Part shown: piece by piece, positions 49,947 through 62,400 of the stretch
Numbering within the stretch: the first letter of the stretch is position 1
How the letters are laid out: each line of letters starts with the position of its first letter
Assembly: GCF_004010195.1 (NCBI RefSeq)
Contig: NC_057719.1
Coordinates: forward strand, 88,791,405-88,855,404
Origin: Chiloscyllium plagiosum
Lineage: Eukaryota
DNA: 64,000 bases
Reading direction: 5' to 3'
Translations under genes and position numbers: made by a program
The notes under the pieces: generated by a model
Told to the model about the DNA's origin: nothing
Seen by the model: only the letters and a program-made list of their open reading frames with translations
The model's database searches: none

Positions 49947-52816
49947 CTCTAGTTTCCAAGGTTCTTGCTGGACCTGCAATTCCCGTTTACTGAAGGGTCT
50001 GTTATTGTCTTTTTTCACAAGACAGGAGCTTTAAACTTCTGTCAGGATGTGGGGGGCCACTCAAATTTGCTTCAATTGGTAACATGAATGATCCTGACCT
50101 GAGCCTTGCGGGCTGAACCCCTGGGCAAGATGGAAGACAGGCTGTGGCCCCAGGCTCTAAGGACCTTGATGATTGGTTGCGGCGCTACTATTTGTGCTGT
50201 TCGTGTGGTGGGTGTTGTTTGTCTTTGTTTGTGTTTTACTTGTTTGTTTGCAGGTGACTGTTCTGCGGGTCCAGGAAACTGAAGAATTGCATCAATCTAC
50301 AGATCTGACTGAAGCGCTGGCCCCTGGGACAGGTCAATCTTGTTTCACTGTGCAGACCCCGTCCTTTTGTCCCCTCAGGGAAGGCTGTAAAACGCCACGG
50401 TAAATATGTCCATTGCAAGAGTAAGCTAGGAGACGCTGTCGTTCCCCCAAACACGCCAGTTAACATTGTCTGGAAGAAGACCGGTGACAGCCGGTACATT
50501 ATCCCCTTCACCTCTGATGTGTATGGATGGTCCAATGGTAATTGGCCTTATGGGGGCTCTTTTCGGTTAGACAAGTTTGGTTACTGGCATTTGCACATAG
50601 AGGGTGGGTACAGGGATCCCTCCTAGGACACAGAATACGTGCTTCAGTTTAAGAAAATCACTAAAGGCCATCAGCCCCCGAAGGCTAAAAACTGCTGTCA
50701 GCATTCCAGTGAAGCTGATGGCCCTTTCGCTCCTGCTAACTCCCCTTCTACCGCAACTCCGCCTTTATTCTGCTCAGTATCCCAAACTTGCTGTCCCTAC
50801 CCTGGACTTGGACTCTCAGGTTGATGAAATTGCTGCTCTTATGGCCTTGCGGCTGCGCAGGGAGGCCATGCACGAACAGGATGCTGCTCGGGATTCCAGG
50901 GCAGCTGACCTTTCTCAGCACTTTGGCACTGCCTCATATGCTCTGCAGGATCCTAGTGCTCAGCCAGATGGCCCTGGTGCAAGTACCCCCAGGTCCAGTT
51001 CAGAGACCGCTGTCTCCTCTTCAACTGACAGCCTCATTACTATGCAGGGTGGCCATTCTGGCATGATTCCCCATTCCCAGAATGCGGCAAAACACTCTAC
51101 CCAAGCTCCCTGTCTTATGATAGGGGAAATTCCTTTTGATAAACCCTGGACTCATGCTGAGGCCCGTACTATGCTCCAGGATGCCTCTGATCCAATTAAA
51201 CGTCCAACTTCCTTCTATGGTTGGCTCGTTCTGACATGTGATATTTACAATGCCTGCCACAAGATGTTAACACTTTATTGCGTTTGGGCTTCTGTCAAGG
51301 GCTCCCTTGTGTTTCCCACAGATCCATGGGTTACTGGGGAGGCGCGAGTGGACTGGCTTAGAGACAAGGCTCAGCCCATCACCATGGCAGCTGTGAGACA
51401 GCAGGCAGACTTTAGTGAAGTCACCCAATGTCTGCACGAGGCTGATGAGCCATTCCCTGATTTTCTTGCCTGCTTCAAGGAGGTTTGGGAATCCTCTGCA
51501 GGCATCCCATTCACAACCAATGACAAATTGGCCTCCCAAACTCTCATTCATTGCATGCAGCCCTGACACACCCATACTTTCAAATCCTTTAACCTTGACT
51601 GGTAATCTAAAACTTGGGATCAGCTCCTCACCTCTCTCACTAACATGGATCAGCAGGGGTTTTTTGATGATCCAAAAGAGGAAGAGGCATTTCCCCACTT
51701 AACACAGGCATCGCATCAGGGTCAGGCTAGTGACCCGAGGAAGGGGGATGGCAGGGGTGGAAGCAGCAGAGGCAGGACATTAGTCAGGATCAGTGCCAGT
51801 CATGTAGGAACTTTGGTCACTGGGTGCGGGACTGCCGCGCACCACCCCTCAGCAAGTTCAACCCACTTTCCCATTGCAGCGGCAGCCTTTGCCAGCCAAC
51901 TATTCGGTCAGCAACCCGTTCCCCTTTACCCCACATGGCTAGGACTGCCACATGAGGGAGGTTTTGCAGGCCGTTTCAATATGGCTTCTCCACTGCCCAT
52001 CCAAAAACCTCATGTTGGACATTGAGGTGGGGGGGGGGCATGTAGTTTCAGTTCTGGTGGACTCTGGAGCCACCCATTCCTCTGCGCCTCCCTCAGTGGC
52101 CCTTCCTGTCAGCTCTGATACTGTTCGCTCTGTGGGGTCTCTGGAATACCCCTTGTGGAACCTCTGGAATACCCCTTGTGGAACCTCTCTCTGATCGTAT
52201 CCTCATTGGTGTTAGTCTGCGTGCAGTGCCTGACCGGGCTTTAATCTCCTCTTCTTGCCCGATCGCCCCTCTGGGGTGCCAGGCACTATGCAAACTTCAT
52301 GTCTCTATTCACTGTTCCCTGCAGGGGCTCACATTAGAGCTTTCTGGCTCCAATCTACCCCTTTTGCAGGCCACCATGATCAATCTGTCTTCTCCACCTA
52401 TCCCCAATCCCTCCCTTTACACTTGGTCATCTCCCGACAATCTGGTATGCACATCTTTTCTCTCCCATCTTTACTGAGCGCTCCACCATCCCCTACAACT
52501 TCACTGGGTTCTCCATCCGAGTCATTTTCTGCGCAACCTCTATTGCGCTGCGGTGTACCTTGCCTGCGCTGAGCCATTCTATTCCGCTCTTGCGGAACCC
52601 AATCTCAATCTGCCCTCTGTCCCACCATTAGTCCAGTTAGTCAAAACCCCTCCCAATAAAACCCCGCACAAACACTAAGCCTTCAAGTCCAAAACCTATC
52701 AAGGCTGATGACTCGGATTCCGAGGATTACCTATCCAATGTGGAGCCTCCTCCTCCAGACAACCCTCCTGGCTCTGGCTACATTCCCTCTTTTGCTGAAC
52801 CTACTTCTCTGATTGT

Positions 52817-52834
52817 GAAAAGGAGAAGGAGGAA
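52817..52834 (+). promoter_or_regulatory. Polypurine tract of the ERV
   Basis: gaaaaggagaaggaggaa directly upstream of the TG of the 3' LTR. Confidence 0.85.
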
Positions 52835-52835
52835 T

Positions 52836-53559
52836 TGTAGAGGAAAATTTGACATGGTTTGTCTGGAAGCCATTTTTCTATTCTGGCTGAGAAACCATTT
52901 TGTAAAGCAATAGTCGTTGATATGTTAGCTGTGCATCCCTTACTATAAGATAATGCTAAAAGTAGGACTTATCTATCCAAGGATTCTAGCCTGTCGCGTT
53001 CGTGTTTTTCCCACTTTGAAGGATGGCCAGTGCACATCAGTCGTAGTCAGTCAAGTGGACCTAGACTTGTCAATTAGTCCTGTTCTCCTACGAATTATTA
53101 CCCCTTTTGCAGGCCGCCACGATCCACCTGTCTTCTCCACCTGTCCCCAATCCCTCCCTTTACACTTGGTCGTCCCGCGACAATCTGGTATGCTCATCTT
53201 TTCTCTCCCATCTCCCACGGTTGCTCAGCTAATGAAGGACATCTCTGCTTAGTGTTAACAGATCTGTGTAAATAGAACACATGGTGATAACATTCACTTT
53301 GATCCACTTGTGGAATGTGTAATTGTATTTAATTTTTGACCCAAACAGCTGACCTCGAATTCAGTACCATCTTGTAAGCATGCCAAAGCCTTGTAATTAA
53401 CAATCAGCTCCTATCTGTTTTCTCTACATAATCCTGTAGTGTTCTGATGTATTTCGGAGCAGCACCAAGCCACAGTTAGAACGGAGAACTCCCCATGACA
53501 TATCGTACAATAAACTAGTTAGTTCTCAAGGTCTGTACCTCAAGAGGTTTTCTTCAACA
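52836..53559 (+). repeat. 3' LTR of the ERV (contains an extra internal-derived block)
   Basis: Begins tgtagaggaaaatttgacatgg immediately after a polypurine tract and ends ttttcttcaaca. Confidence 0.9.
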
Positions 53560-56436
53560 TCTCTTTCTTGTCCTGCTGGTTTCCCTCTTAAGCATACACA
53601 TACTGCCTTTTATACTCTTCTTGGGATTCAGTCAATCCCTGCTGTCTATATCTGATATATGTTTCCTTCTTATACTTGACCAAACCTCAATTTTGCTACA
53701 CATTCAACATTTCTTACACTTACCAACCTTGCCCTTCACTTTAACAGGAGCATACAGCCTCTGTACTCTCATTATCTCAGTTTTGAAAGCTTCCCATTTT
53801 ACAGTTGTCCCTTTACCTGCAAACATTTGCCCCCTTGCCCCCCCCACCCACATTCATGATGAAGGGCTTAGCCCATAATGTTGACTCTCCTGTTCCTCGG
53901 ACGCTGCCTGACCTGTTTTGCTTTTCTAGCATCACACTTTTTGATTTTGAAAGTTCTTGCCTAATAGCGTCAAAATTGGCCTTCCTCCAACTTACACTTT
54001 TACATCTTACATCCTTTTCCAGCAATGTTTTGAAACTAGTAGAATTACAGTCATTCACCTCAAAGTTGTCCCCTACTTACACCTCAGTCCTGACAGCAGG
54101 TCAACATTTGCACCTACTCTTGTAGGTACATCCACACACTGAACCAGAAAAATTTCTTTATACATTTAAAAAATTTCTCTTCATCCAAGCCGTTAACAGT
54201 ATGGCAGTCCCAGTCTATGTTTGGAAAGTTAAAATCCCCTGCTGTTACCACACTATTATTCTTACAGATAACAGATCTGCTTACAAATTTGTTTCTCAAT
54301 TTCCCACTGACTATTGGAGAGTCTATAGTACAATCCCAGTAAGGTGATCATCCCTTTCTTATTTCTCAGTTCTACCCAAATAACTTCCCTGGACATATTG
54401 CCAGGAATATCCTCCCCAAGTACAGCTGTAATGTTATCCCTAATCAAAAATGCCACTACCTTTCCTCCTCTTGCCCCATTTCTATCCTTCCTTATAGTAT
54501 CTATACCCTAGAACATTAAATTGCCAGTCTTGCCCATCCCTGAGCCATGCCTCTGTAATTACCATGATATGCCAGTCCCAGTCCCAACCATGCTGTGAGT
54601 TCATATGCCTTACATGTTAGGTCTCTTGCATGGAAACAAATGCAGTTTAATTAATCAATCCTACCTTGTTCTCAGGTTTGTTCCTGCATGCCCTGACTGT
54701 TCCTTTTCCCTTGCTCCTTTTCCCAGCTGCACTAGTGTCAGACTGATCGCCTTCCTCCCACCTCCCCTCTACCACTAAATTTAAATCCTCCTGAGCTGCT
54801 GTAACAAATCTCCCTGCCAGTATATTAGTCCCCTTCCAATTCAGGTGCAATCTGTCCTTCTTAATCTGGGGTCACTTCTACCCCAGAAGAGATTTCAATG
54901 ATTCAAAAATTTGAATCCTTCTCCCCTGCACCAGCTCCTCAGCCATGCATTCATCTGCTCTATGTTCCTATTCCTACTCACACTAGATTGTGACACCCAG
55001 AGCAATCTAGATATTACTTCTCTTGAGGACTTACCTTTTAAATTCCTGCCTAACTTCCTATATTTTCTCCTCAGAATCTCATCCTTTTGCCTTCCTATGT
55101 TGTTAGTTCCAACGTGTATAACAACCTCCAGCTGGTCCCTCTCCCCTTTGAGAATATTTTGCACCCACTCCAAGATATCCTTGATCCTAGCTTGTCTAAG
55201 TTTTAAACTGAATGTTACTGGATTAAAACATAGCAGCTGCCAGCCATATGATACCAGCTGATTACAATTTCAGTGAAGTTCCAAAGAGAAACATCAGGTT
55301 TGGGCTCAGTCAGCAATCTTCTGGAAGCTTCAATGCTGACATAATGGAAGATGTAAGTCAAAAGCCACACAAACAAGCAGTAGACCTTATATTTCTACGA
55401 TTAGCTCTGATCAAAGGAGGGAGCAATTAAAATTATCCCATACTAACAAACAATAGTCAGAATCAGAAAGACAAACTACCTTGCTGCCTTCCAGCATGAA
55501 ATCATCTCTCGGGTGATTTTCTTGTCACATACATGCATACTGAGATGTGCCATTTAGTCCCTTCAGCCTTTTATGCCATTCACTCAGACAAAAAAAAGGA
55601 GAAATTAAGTATTTCACAAGGATGATCGCTGATTTGATTTTGGTCAAGAATCAAATACTATAAAATTGAGAGTCAAAAAAAAGGTATGAGGGTGGTTATC
55701 TTGAATAAAACCCAAAAATCAAATGTGTGCACAGTAGATCATTGACCAATGTATTGATCAATGAGACGCACTAGATCATTTCCATGATTGCGGCAAGGAA
55801 ACAGTGATAGCAAGGCTTTTTACTGGCTGCTGGTTATCAGCTGTCAGCCCAATATTTCAAGAAGCCAGTGTCACTTCAAGGTTGTCTTCTTCACTTCTTC
55901 AAGAAACAATCCGCTGCAGTAGCCTAAAGTGGTGCTAGGAACTTAGTTGCTTTTGAAAATTCTTTCAGATAATTTAACCGGGGTAGAACATCCACCAATG
56001 TTTCCCTAATAGGGAACTGAAGACTTCAGTACAAGACATGGAGGGAAAGAACACTGGAGGCACAAAGTCCATGAGATTTGATTAGGAGACAGTTAGGTTG
56101 AAGATGCTACATAAGTGTTCAAGGCCAGCGAACTCAATCTTATTATTCTTTCATGGGATTTCAAGGCCAATTAAATATCATATCATATCATGTGCACCAC
56201 TAGCCTCATTCACTTAACTCACAAAATCTCTTGGCAGCCACCAACCAACAATCTCCAAACCGTACTCAACCCTCCAATTCATACGGTTGTCCCCCATCCT
56301 CTCACACACAACACTGTGGTAATGCCTTACACCTGCAACTCTGACACACTAACAGCTAATCAACCATTACAGAATAACATCCAAACATTGTAAGATTTAC
56401 TGCTGTCTTCCCTCTTTCTTGCAAGAGATGATGCAT

Positions 56437-59400
56437 CATAGAACATAACTTGCAATACAGGCCCTTTGGCCCTCGATGTTGCACCGACCTGTGAAATTAA
56501 TCTGATGCCCATCTAACCTACACCGTTCTATTATTATCCATATGTCCAATGCCCATTTAAATGCCTTTAACATCAGCGAGTCTACTACTGTTGCAGGCAG
56601 GCCATTCCATGCCCCTGCTACTCTGAGTGAAGAATCTGTCCTAAATCTATTGCCCTTCAATTTAAAGATATGTCCCTTCGTATTAGACTTCACCATCCGA
56701 GGTAACCACCCTATCTAACCCTCTGATTATCTTATATGTCTTAATAAAGTCACCTCTCAACCTTCTTCTCTCCAATGAAGACAGCCTCAGTTCCCTTAGC
56801 TTTTCCGCATAAGACCTTCCTTCCATACCAGGCAACACCCTCGTAAATCTCCTCTGAAGTCTTTCCAAAGCTTCCACATCCTTCCTATAATGTGGTGACC
56901 AGAACTGCACGCAATATTCCAGGTGTCTTGTATAGGTGAAGCATGACCTTGTGGCTCTGAAACTACCAATAAACCAACACACCATATGCCTTATTTTTTA
57001 ATAGGTATTTTTATTGAAAAAAGAAAATTTAAAAGATTTTTTTTACAAAATTACAAAAATAATACAAACAGGAATATTCCACTTTACAATATGATAACAG
57101 CACAAATATAAAATTAAATAAAAAAGGAAAAAACCCAACTAACTACTCATCTATTCTACAAACAACCAAAACATAAAATAGGATATCAAACATTACTAAC
57201 AACAAACAAAGTAATTAAATAACTAGATACATGCTCAAAATAGATTTACATCAAGTCATAATAGAACTCATTTTTATACAGGATTCCTTCTCCCGGGGCC
57301 CCCGAGCCAGCCAGAACCATTACCACAGCTAAACAAAAGCCCGGGACAATATGGCTGAAATACCTGTATCGATATAGTTCAAAAAGGGCTGCCATGTTTT
57401 ATAAAATAATTCCGTTTTTGGTGCACCATATTCATGAGAAGGTCAAGGGGGATATAGTCCATGATTATCCTGTGCCAGTTTGAAAGTCCCCCAGGACTTT
57501 CAGATATCCAATTCACTAAAATATTTTTCCTCGCACAAAAAGAGAGGGTAGAAAATAATTTCCTCCTGTAAACATTCAGGAAGGGGAAATTTGGAGAGCC
57601 CAAAAGTAGGGACATTGGATCCGATCTAATCTCAGTACCCAAAATCTCTGTTAAGGCATTCGGTCCTCTATCCCAACACCTACGGATCTTATGGCATGTC
57701 CATAGACAATGCATGAGAGTGCCAACTTCTATTTTACATTTAGGACACATCGGGGATGCTTCTGCCTTGAATTTTGAGAGTCGTTCAGATGCCATGTGAG
57801 CCCTGTGAAGGATCTTTAATTGAGTAGCCTGAGTTCTGTTACAGATAGAGATCTTTCTGGCATTTTCCCAGACATCCTCCCACATTTCTAAAGAGATTTC
57901 CAACCCTAATTCTTGATTCTAGGTTTTATATAGTCGTTCCATGTCCTTCGAGACCTTATTGTATAGTGAACGATAAAGACTACTGACTGAGGGCGGCCCC
58001 ATCGGCCATAGCACTCTCCTTTCCCTATCCGATTTGTAAGGATTGACTATCAGTTTGGTCTTCTTTTGTATAAAGTCTCATATTTGAAAATACTGAAAGA
58101 GGTCCTTGTAACAGTCCAAACTTCTGGTGCAGCTGCTCAAAGGACATCATAACCTCCCCATCGAACAGATCTCCCAAGCAGGAGATACCTCTGGACTCCC
58201 AAGTTTTAAATGTAGCATCTGTCAACCCTGGCTGAAATCCCGGTGCTCCCACTATAGGAGTATAAAGGGAGGCCTTTTGCAGATTACCCTCATCTTGTTG
58301 CATTGTCCTCCAGGTTTTAATTGTATTTAGTACAATAGGATTTTTACAGTAGTCCGTAATAGCTCTCATCTTTCCAAAGGTAATAGATTGATGAGGGGAC
58401 ATTTTGCTTGGGAGATCTCAATATCTAACCAGATTGATTGTGGATCACAAGAGACCCAATCAGCTCCATAAAATAATAAGGAGCTCAATTAGTACCTCCT
58501 GAAATCTGGAAAGTCGAGTCCTCCTCTTGCTTGTGGGAGCTGCAGCTTTTCTAATTTGGAAAGGGGCCATCTATGATTCCAAATAAAGGAGCTGAGCCAG
58601 CCGTAAAAGTTACGCAACACCTATCTCAGCAGCATCAAGGGATGTTTTCTCATTGGATATAGAAGACGAGGTAGGATATTCATCATAACTAAGGCCACTC
58701 TGCCTAGCCAGAGTATTGGGAGATCTCCCCAGCGTTGACGGTCCTGCCTTATTTTCTCTAATAAGTGTACGTAATTGGCTTTATATAGCTGACCAAATAC
58801 TGGAGTGATAAAAGTACAGAAAATCTTCTAGTGACCACCAAAAGGGAAAGCAAGATCCGTCCGGTAAATTGGATATACTGGCAAGGCCTCCTACTGGCAT
58901 GGCCTCCGATTTCATAAAATTGATTTTGTAACCTGAGAACATACCGAATAAATTGACCACTTGAATTAAGCAGGGCACGGATGTCAAAGGATCACTTAAG
59001 CAAAGGAGGATATCATCCGCATGGAGAGTAATTTTGTGCTTGCCCGATCCAACCCTTGGTGCCGTTATATTAGGGTCAGTTCGTATAGCTTCTGCTAGCG
59101 GTTCAATCACTAGCGCAAATAGTAATGGTGAAAGAGGACATCCCTGATGACAGCCCCTGCCAACGCTAAAGCTATCCGAACTTACACCATTGGTGATCAC
59201 CGCTGCTTTGGGATCATAATATTATATAATATTTTATATAGTAAAGACCTCTCCAACACCGAACCTTTCCAACGTATATTCTACCCAATCAAATACCTTC
59301 TCTGCATCTAGGGAGACAACTAAACCGGGTATTGTTCCCCGTTGATCGGCTTGTATCAAATTTAAGACCTTTCTAAGATTATTAGTTGACTTGTGACCCT

Positions 59401-62400
59401 TTATAAGTCCCATCTGGTCCTCTTTTATAATGAATGGTAAAATCCTCTCCAGTCATAATGCTAACATTTTTGAAAGAATGTTAAAATCCACATTTAAAAA
59501 GTCTATGGGTCTACATGAAGAGCAATCTTCTGGAGCCTTTCCCTTCTTAAGAATGAGAGAAATATTTGCTTCTCTCAATGAAGGCTGGAGCCAGCCCTGA
59601 CTGTGTGAGTAATTATACATATTTATGAGTGGCCCCGCCAGTTCCCCTATAAATTCTTTATAGAACTCAACCTGGAATGCGTCTGGCCCAGGCGCTTTGC
59701 CACTCTGAAGCTGCCTAACCGCGTCCTGTACTTCCTGGGTTGTCAAGGGGGCATTCAAGATCGACACCTGCTCCAAGAAGGGCCAAATTTTTAAAGAAGG
59801 ACTCCATCTTCCCAGTTCTATCCTCACAGTCCTGTGACTTATACAATTCAGAATAGAACTTTCTAAAGGCTGTATTGATCTTTTTACGATCACAAGTCAG
59901 GGTACCAGCACTTTCTCTAATGGACGTAATGGCTTGGGGAGCCTTTTTTCTTTTTGGCAAGGTATGCTAGATATCTGCCAGGCTTGTCGCCATATTGAAA
60001 TAATCTCTGCTTTGCGAATAATATTTCCCTCTTTGCTGTTTGTGTAAGTGCGGTATTCAAAGCTGCCCTAAGGGCTGTGACCCTTTGTAGCTAAGTAATG
60101 GAGGGCCTATCAACATACGCAATTTCAGCTGCCTTCAAGTGAGCCTCGGCAGGCGCTGTTGCTCTCCCCTTTGTCTTTCCTGGGTCGCAGAATAGGAGAT
60201 GACCAAGCCTCAAGCATATGCCTTTGTGGTCTCCCACATCATTGAAGGGTTACTAGCCTTACCTGAGGGTTTTGAATTCCTGTAAAAAAAACTTTATAAA
60301 TTTGCTATCCTTCAATAAGAAAGGATTATACACCAATGTCGGGGGCCTATCCCATCATCCCTAGTCTTAACTTCCATATATACTGCAGCATGATCAGAAA
60401 TAGTTAAATTACCTATTTTACAAGACATATCGAATTCAAAAGGGTCAAAGGGGTAAAAAAACATATCAATTCTGGTATGGCACTTGTGTGGGTTAGAGAA
60501 GAAAGTAAAGTCTCTACCCTGGGGATGAAGACACCTCCACACATCTACTAGCCCTAGCTCCAAAAGCCATTAATTTAGAGAACACTTCCGTTACAAATTT
60601 AAAAGGGTGTGCCGGAGGACAATAAAGATTCAAAATTCCGTATTCCTCTCTGTGTATTAAGGCTTTGATCAATATATACCGTCCAGACTCATCTTTTATC
60701 TGGCTTAACATTTGGAAAAGGAAGATTCTTCCAAATAAAAATGGCTACTCCCCTACTTTTTGAGCTGAAAGATGAAAACAATGCCTGACCAAATCCATCC
60801 TGTTGTAGCTTTGAATGTTCTTTATCAAGTAGATGTGTCTCCTGTAAGAGAGCTACATCAACCCCTTTTTTAAGACTTGATAATATCTTTTTCCTTTTGA
60901 TTGGCGAATGGCTCCTCTCGACATACCAGGTGCACCACCTAAGCGAATGGCTAGCCATGGTTATCCATGCAAACCCAAAACCCCCCAAGAGGAAGAACCC
61001 CACCCAAAAGACGTTGAATAAAGACCATAGAAAATTCACAAATAAAAAAATGCTTTAAAACTTTTAAACCAACATAATTAAGAACTGCTCCTTAATAAAA
61101 ATAACGGAAAACATATTTGAAAGGAGATTTTCCCCCTTGCTCCCAGGGGGCATAACTACCTATCAATAAACCCACCATAACCTCTCCCAGCTAGGGCCCT
61201 GCCCTCGGCACAGGCATTACAAAATGGAGCGAAAAAATTCAAGTGTCTTAGCAAACAGAAGTTAAAAGTAAATGACCCACACCTCCCCCACACCAAAACC
61301 TGGGTACGTTTAATAAAAACAATACAAAATAGAAATATATAAAATTACAAAATTACAATCCCAGCAAGTATTATGCAACTAAATAAGAAGAAAAAAGAAA
61401 ACTCCGCTTTATAAAAAAACCTCCCCCACAAATCAAATAAGCCATACGTGCTATAAAAAGGAGACCATGAGTCAAAGAAAGATGGAGAAAGAAAGAAGGG
61501 TAAACAAAGGGGAGGCAAAATAAAGTTGCTATCCATACAGTTCAAGTCCTGCAGTCTATTTGAGAGAGTCCAAGAATTCTTTTACATTCTCCAGTGATCC
61601 AAAGTTATATACGGATCTTCCATGGCTGAAGCGCAGCATTGCTGGATATCACACGGAGTATTGAATATTTAAGTCTCTCAGACGCTTCTTTGCCTCATCT
61701 AATGCCCTCCTCTTGCGGACCGCGACTGGACAGAAGTCCTGAAATAGCATTATCTTGGAGCCCTTGTACATCATAGCCTGGGGATCCTTCCCCAGGACTC
61801 TGGAGGCCTCCATGAGCGTTTGGTTTTCTTTATAACATCGAAGTTGGACTAGAACCGGGTGGGGGCGCAGGTCTGGCCCACTCCACCCACCCCCCAGCCC
61901 AGCTCAGACTCCAACTTCAATAATTGTGGGAGCCATCGCTCCAAGAAATCCACAAGCTGGCCTTCCTCTTCCAGTTCGGGAAGGCCCAGCAATCGAACTC
62001 ACCGCTCGAGAGCCCGGACCTGACCCACGGATGACTCAGTAGCAGTCTCTGAGGCCGCGGCCCATTGCGCCTCCCCTCCGACGTGCTGCTCGAGTTTTTC
62101 GATCTCTTGGTCATGCTTCTGCATTCTGTAGTATGACCGAGATCGACTCCCACCTGGACCAGGCCTCCTCGATGGACGTGTCGCTCTTCTCCTGGAGTTT
62201 GACGATCTCAGATAAGTCCCTCAGGGCAACCGCGGACATCCCTGCTGCTGCGGGAGGGGGTGAGGGAGGGGTCCCTGCCTGTTGCGAGCTGTGGGAGTTT
62301 TTGCCCTTCGTCATTTTTAAAAAAGCATCAAACTGTTAAAGTTTGATGTCAGATGACTAAATATGCTGGGCAAAAGCTATCCTGAATAATTTAAAAGGTG

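Larger units (their letters stand above)
49331..53559 (+). mobile_element. Endogenous retrovirus (class I, gamma/epsilon-like), LTR-gag-pro-LTR, with no recognisable RT, integrase or env
   Basis: Direct LTRs TG...CA at 49331-49926 and 52836-53559, with PBS and PPT. Decayed gag has a CCHC knuckle (CQSCRNFGHWVRDC, 51794-51835) and the protease motif VLVDSGATHS is near 52051-52080. Flanks cctc/tctc form a 4-bp TSD with 1 mismatch inside a minus-strand CR1. Confidence 0.9.
48270..55190 (-). mobile_element. CR1 (ORF1 end, APE, RT) split by the ERV and a short Penelope insert (about 53830-53945)
   Basis: IHVGTNNI, AGDFNFPNIDW, KRVTRERIG, SKFPEDTKI. Reads through across the ERV TSD. Confidence 0.85.
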
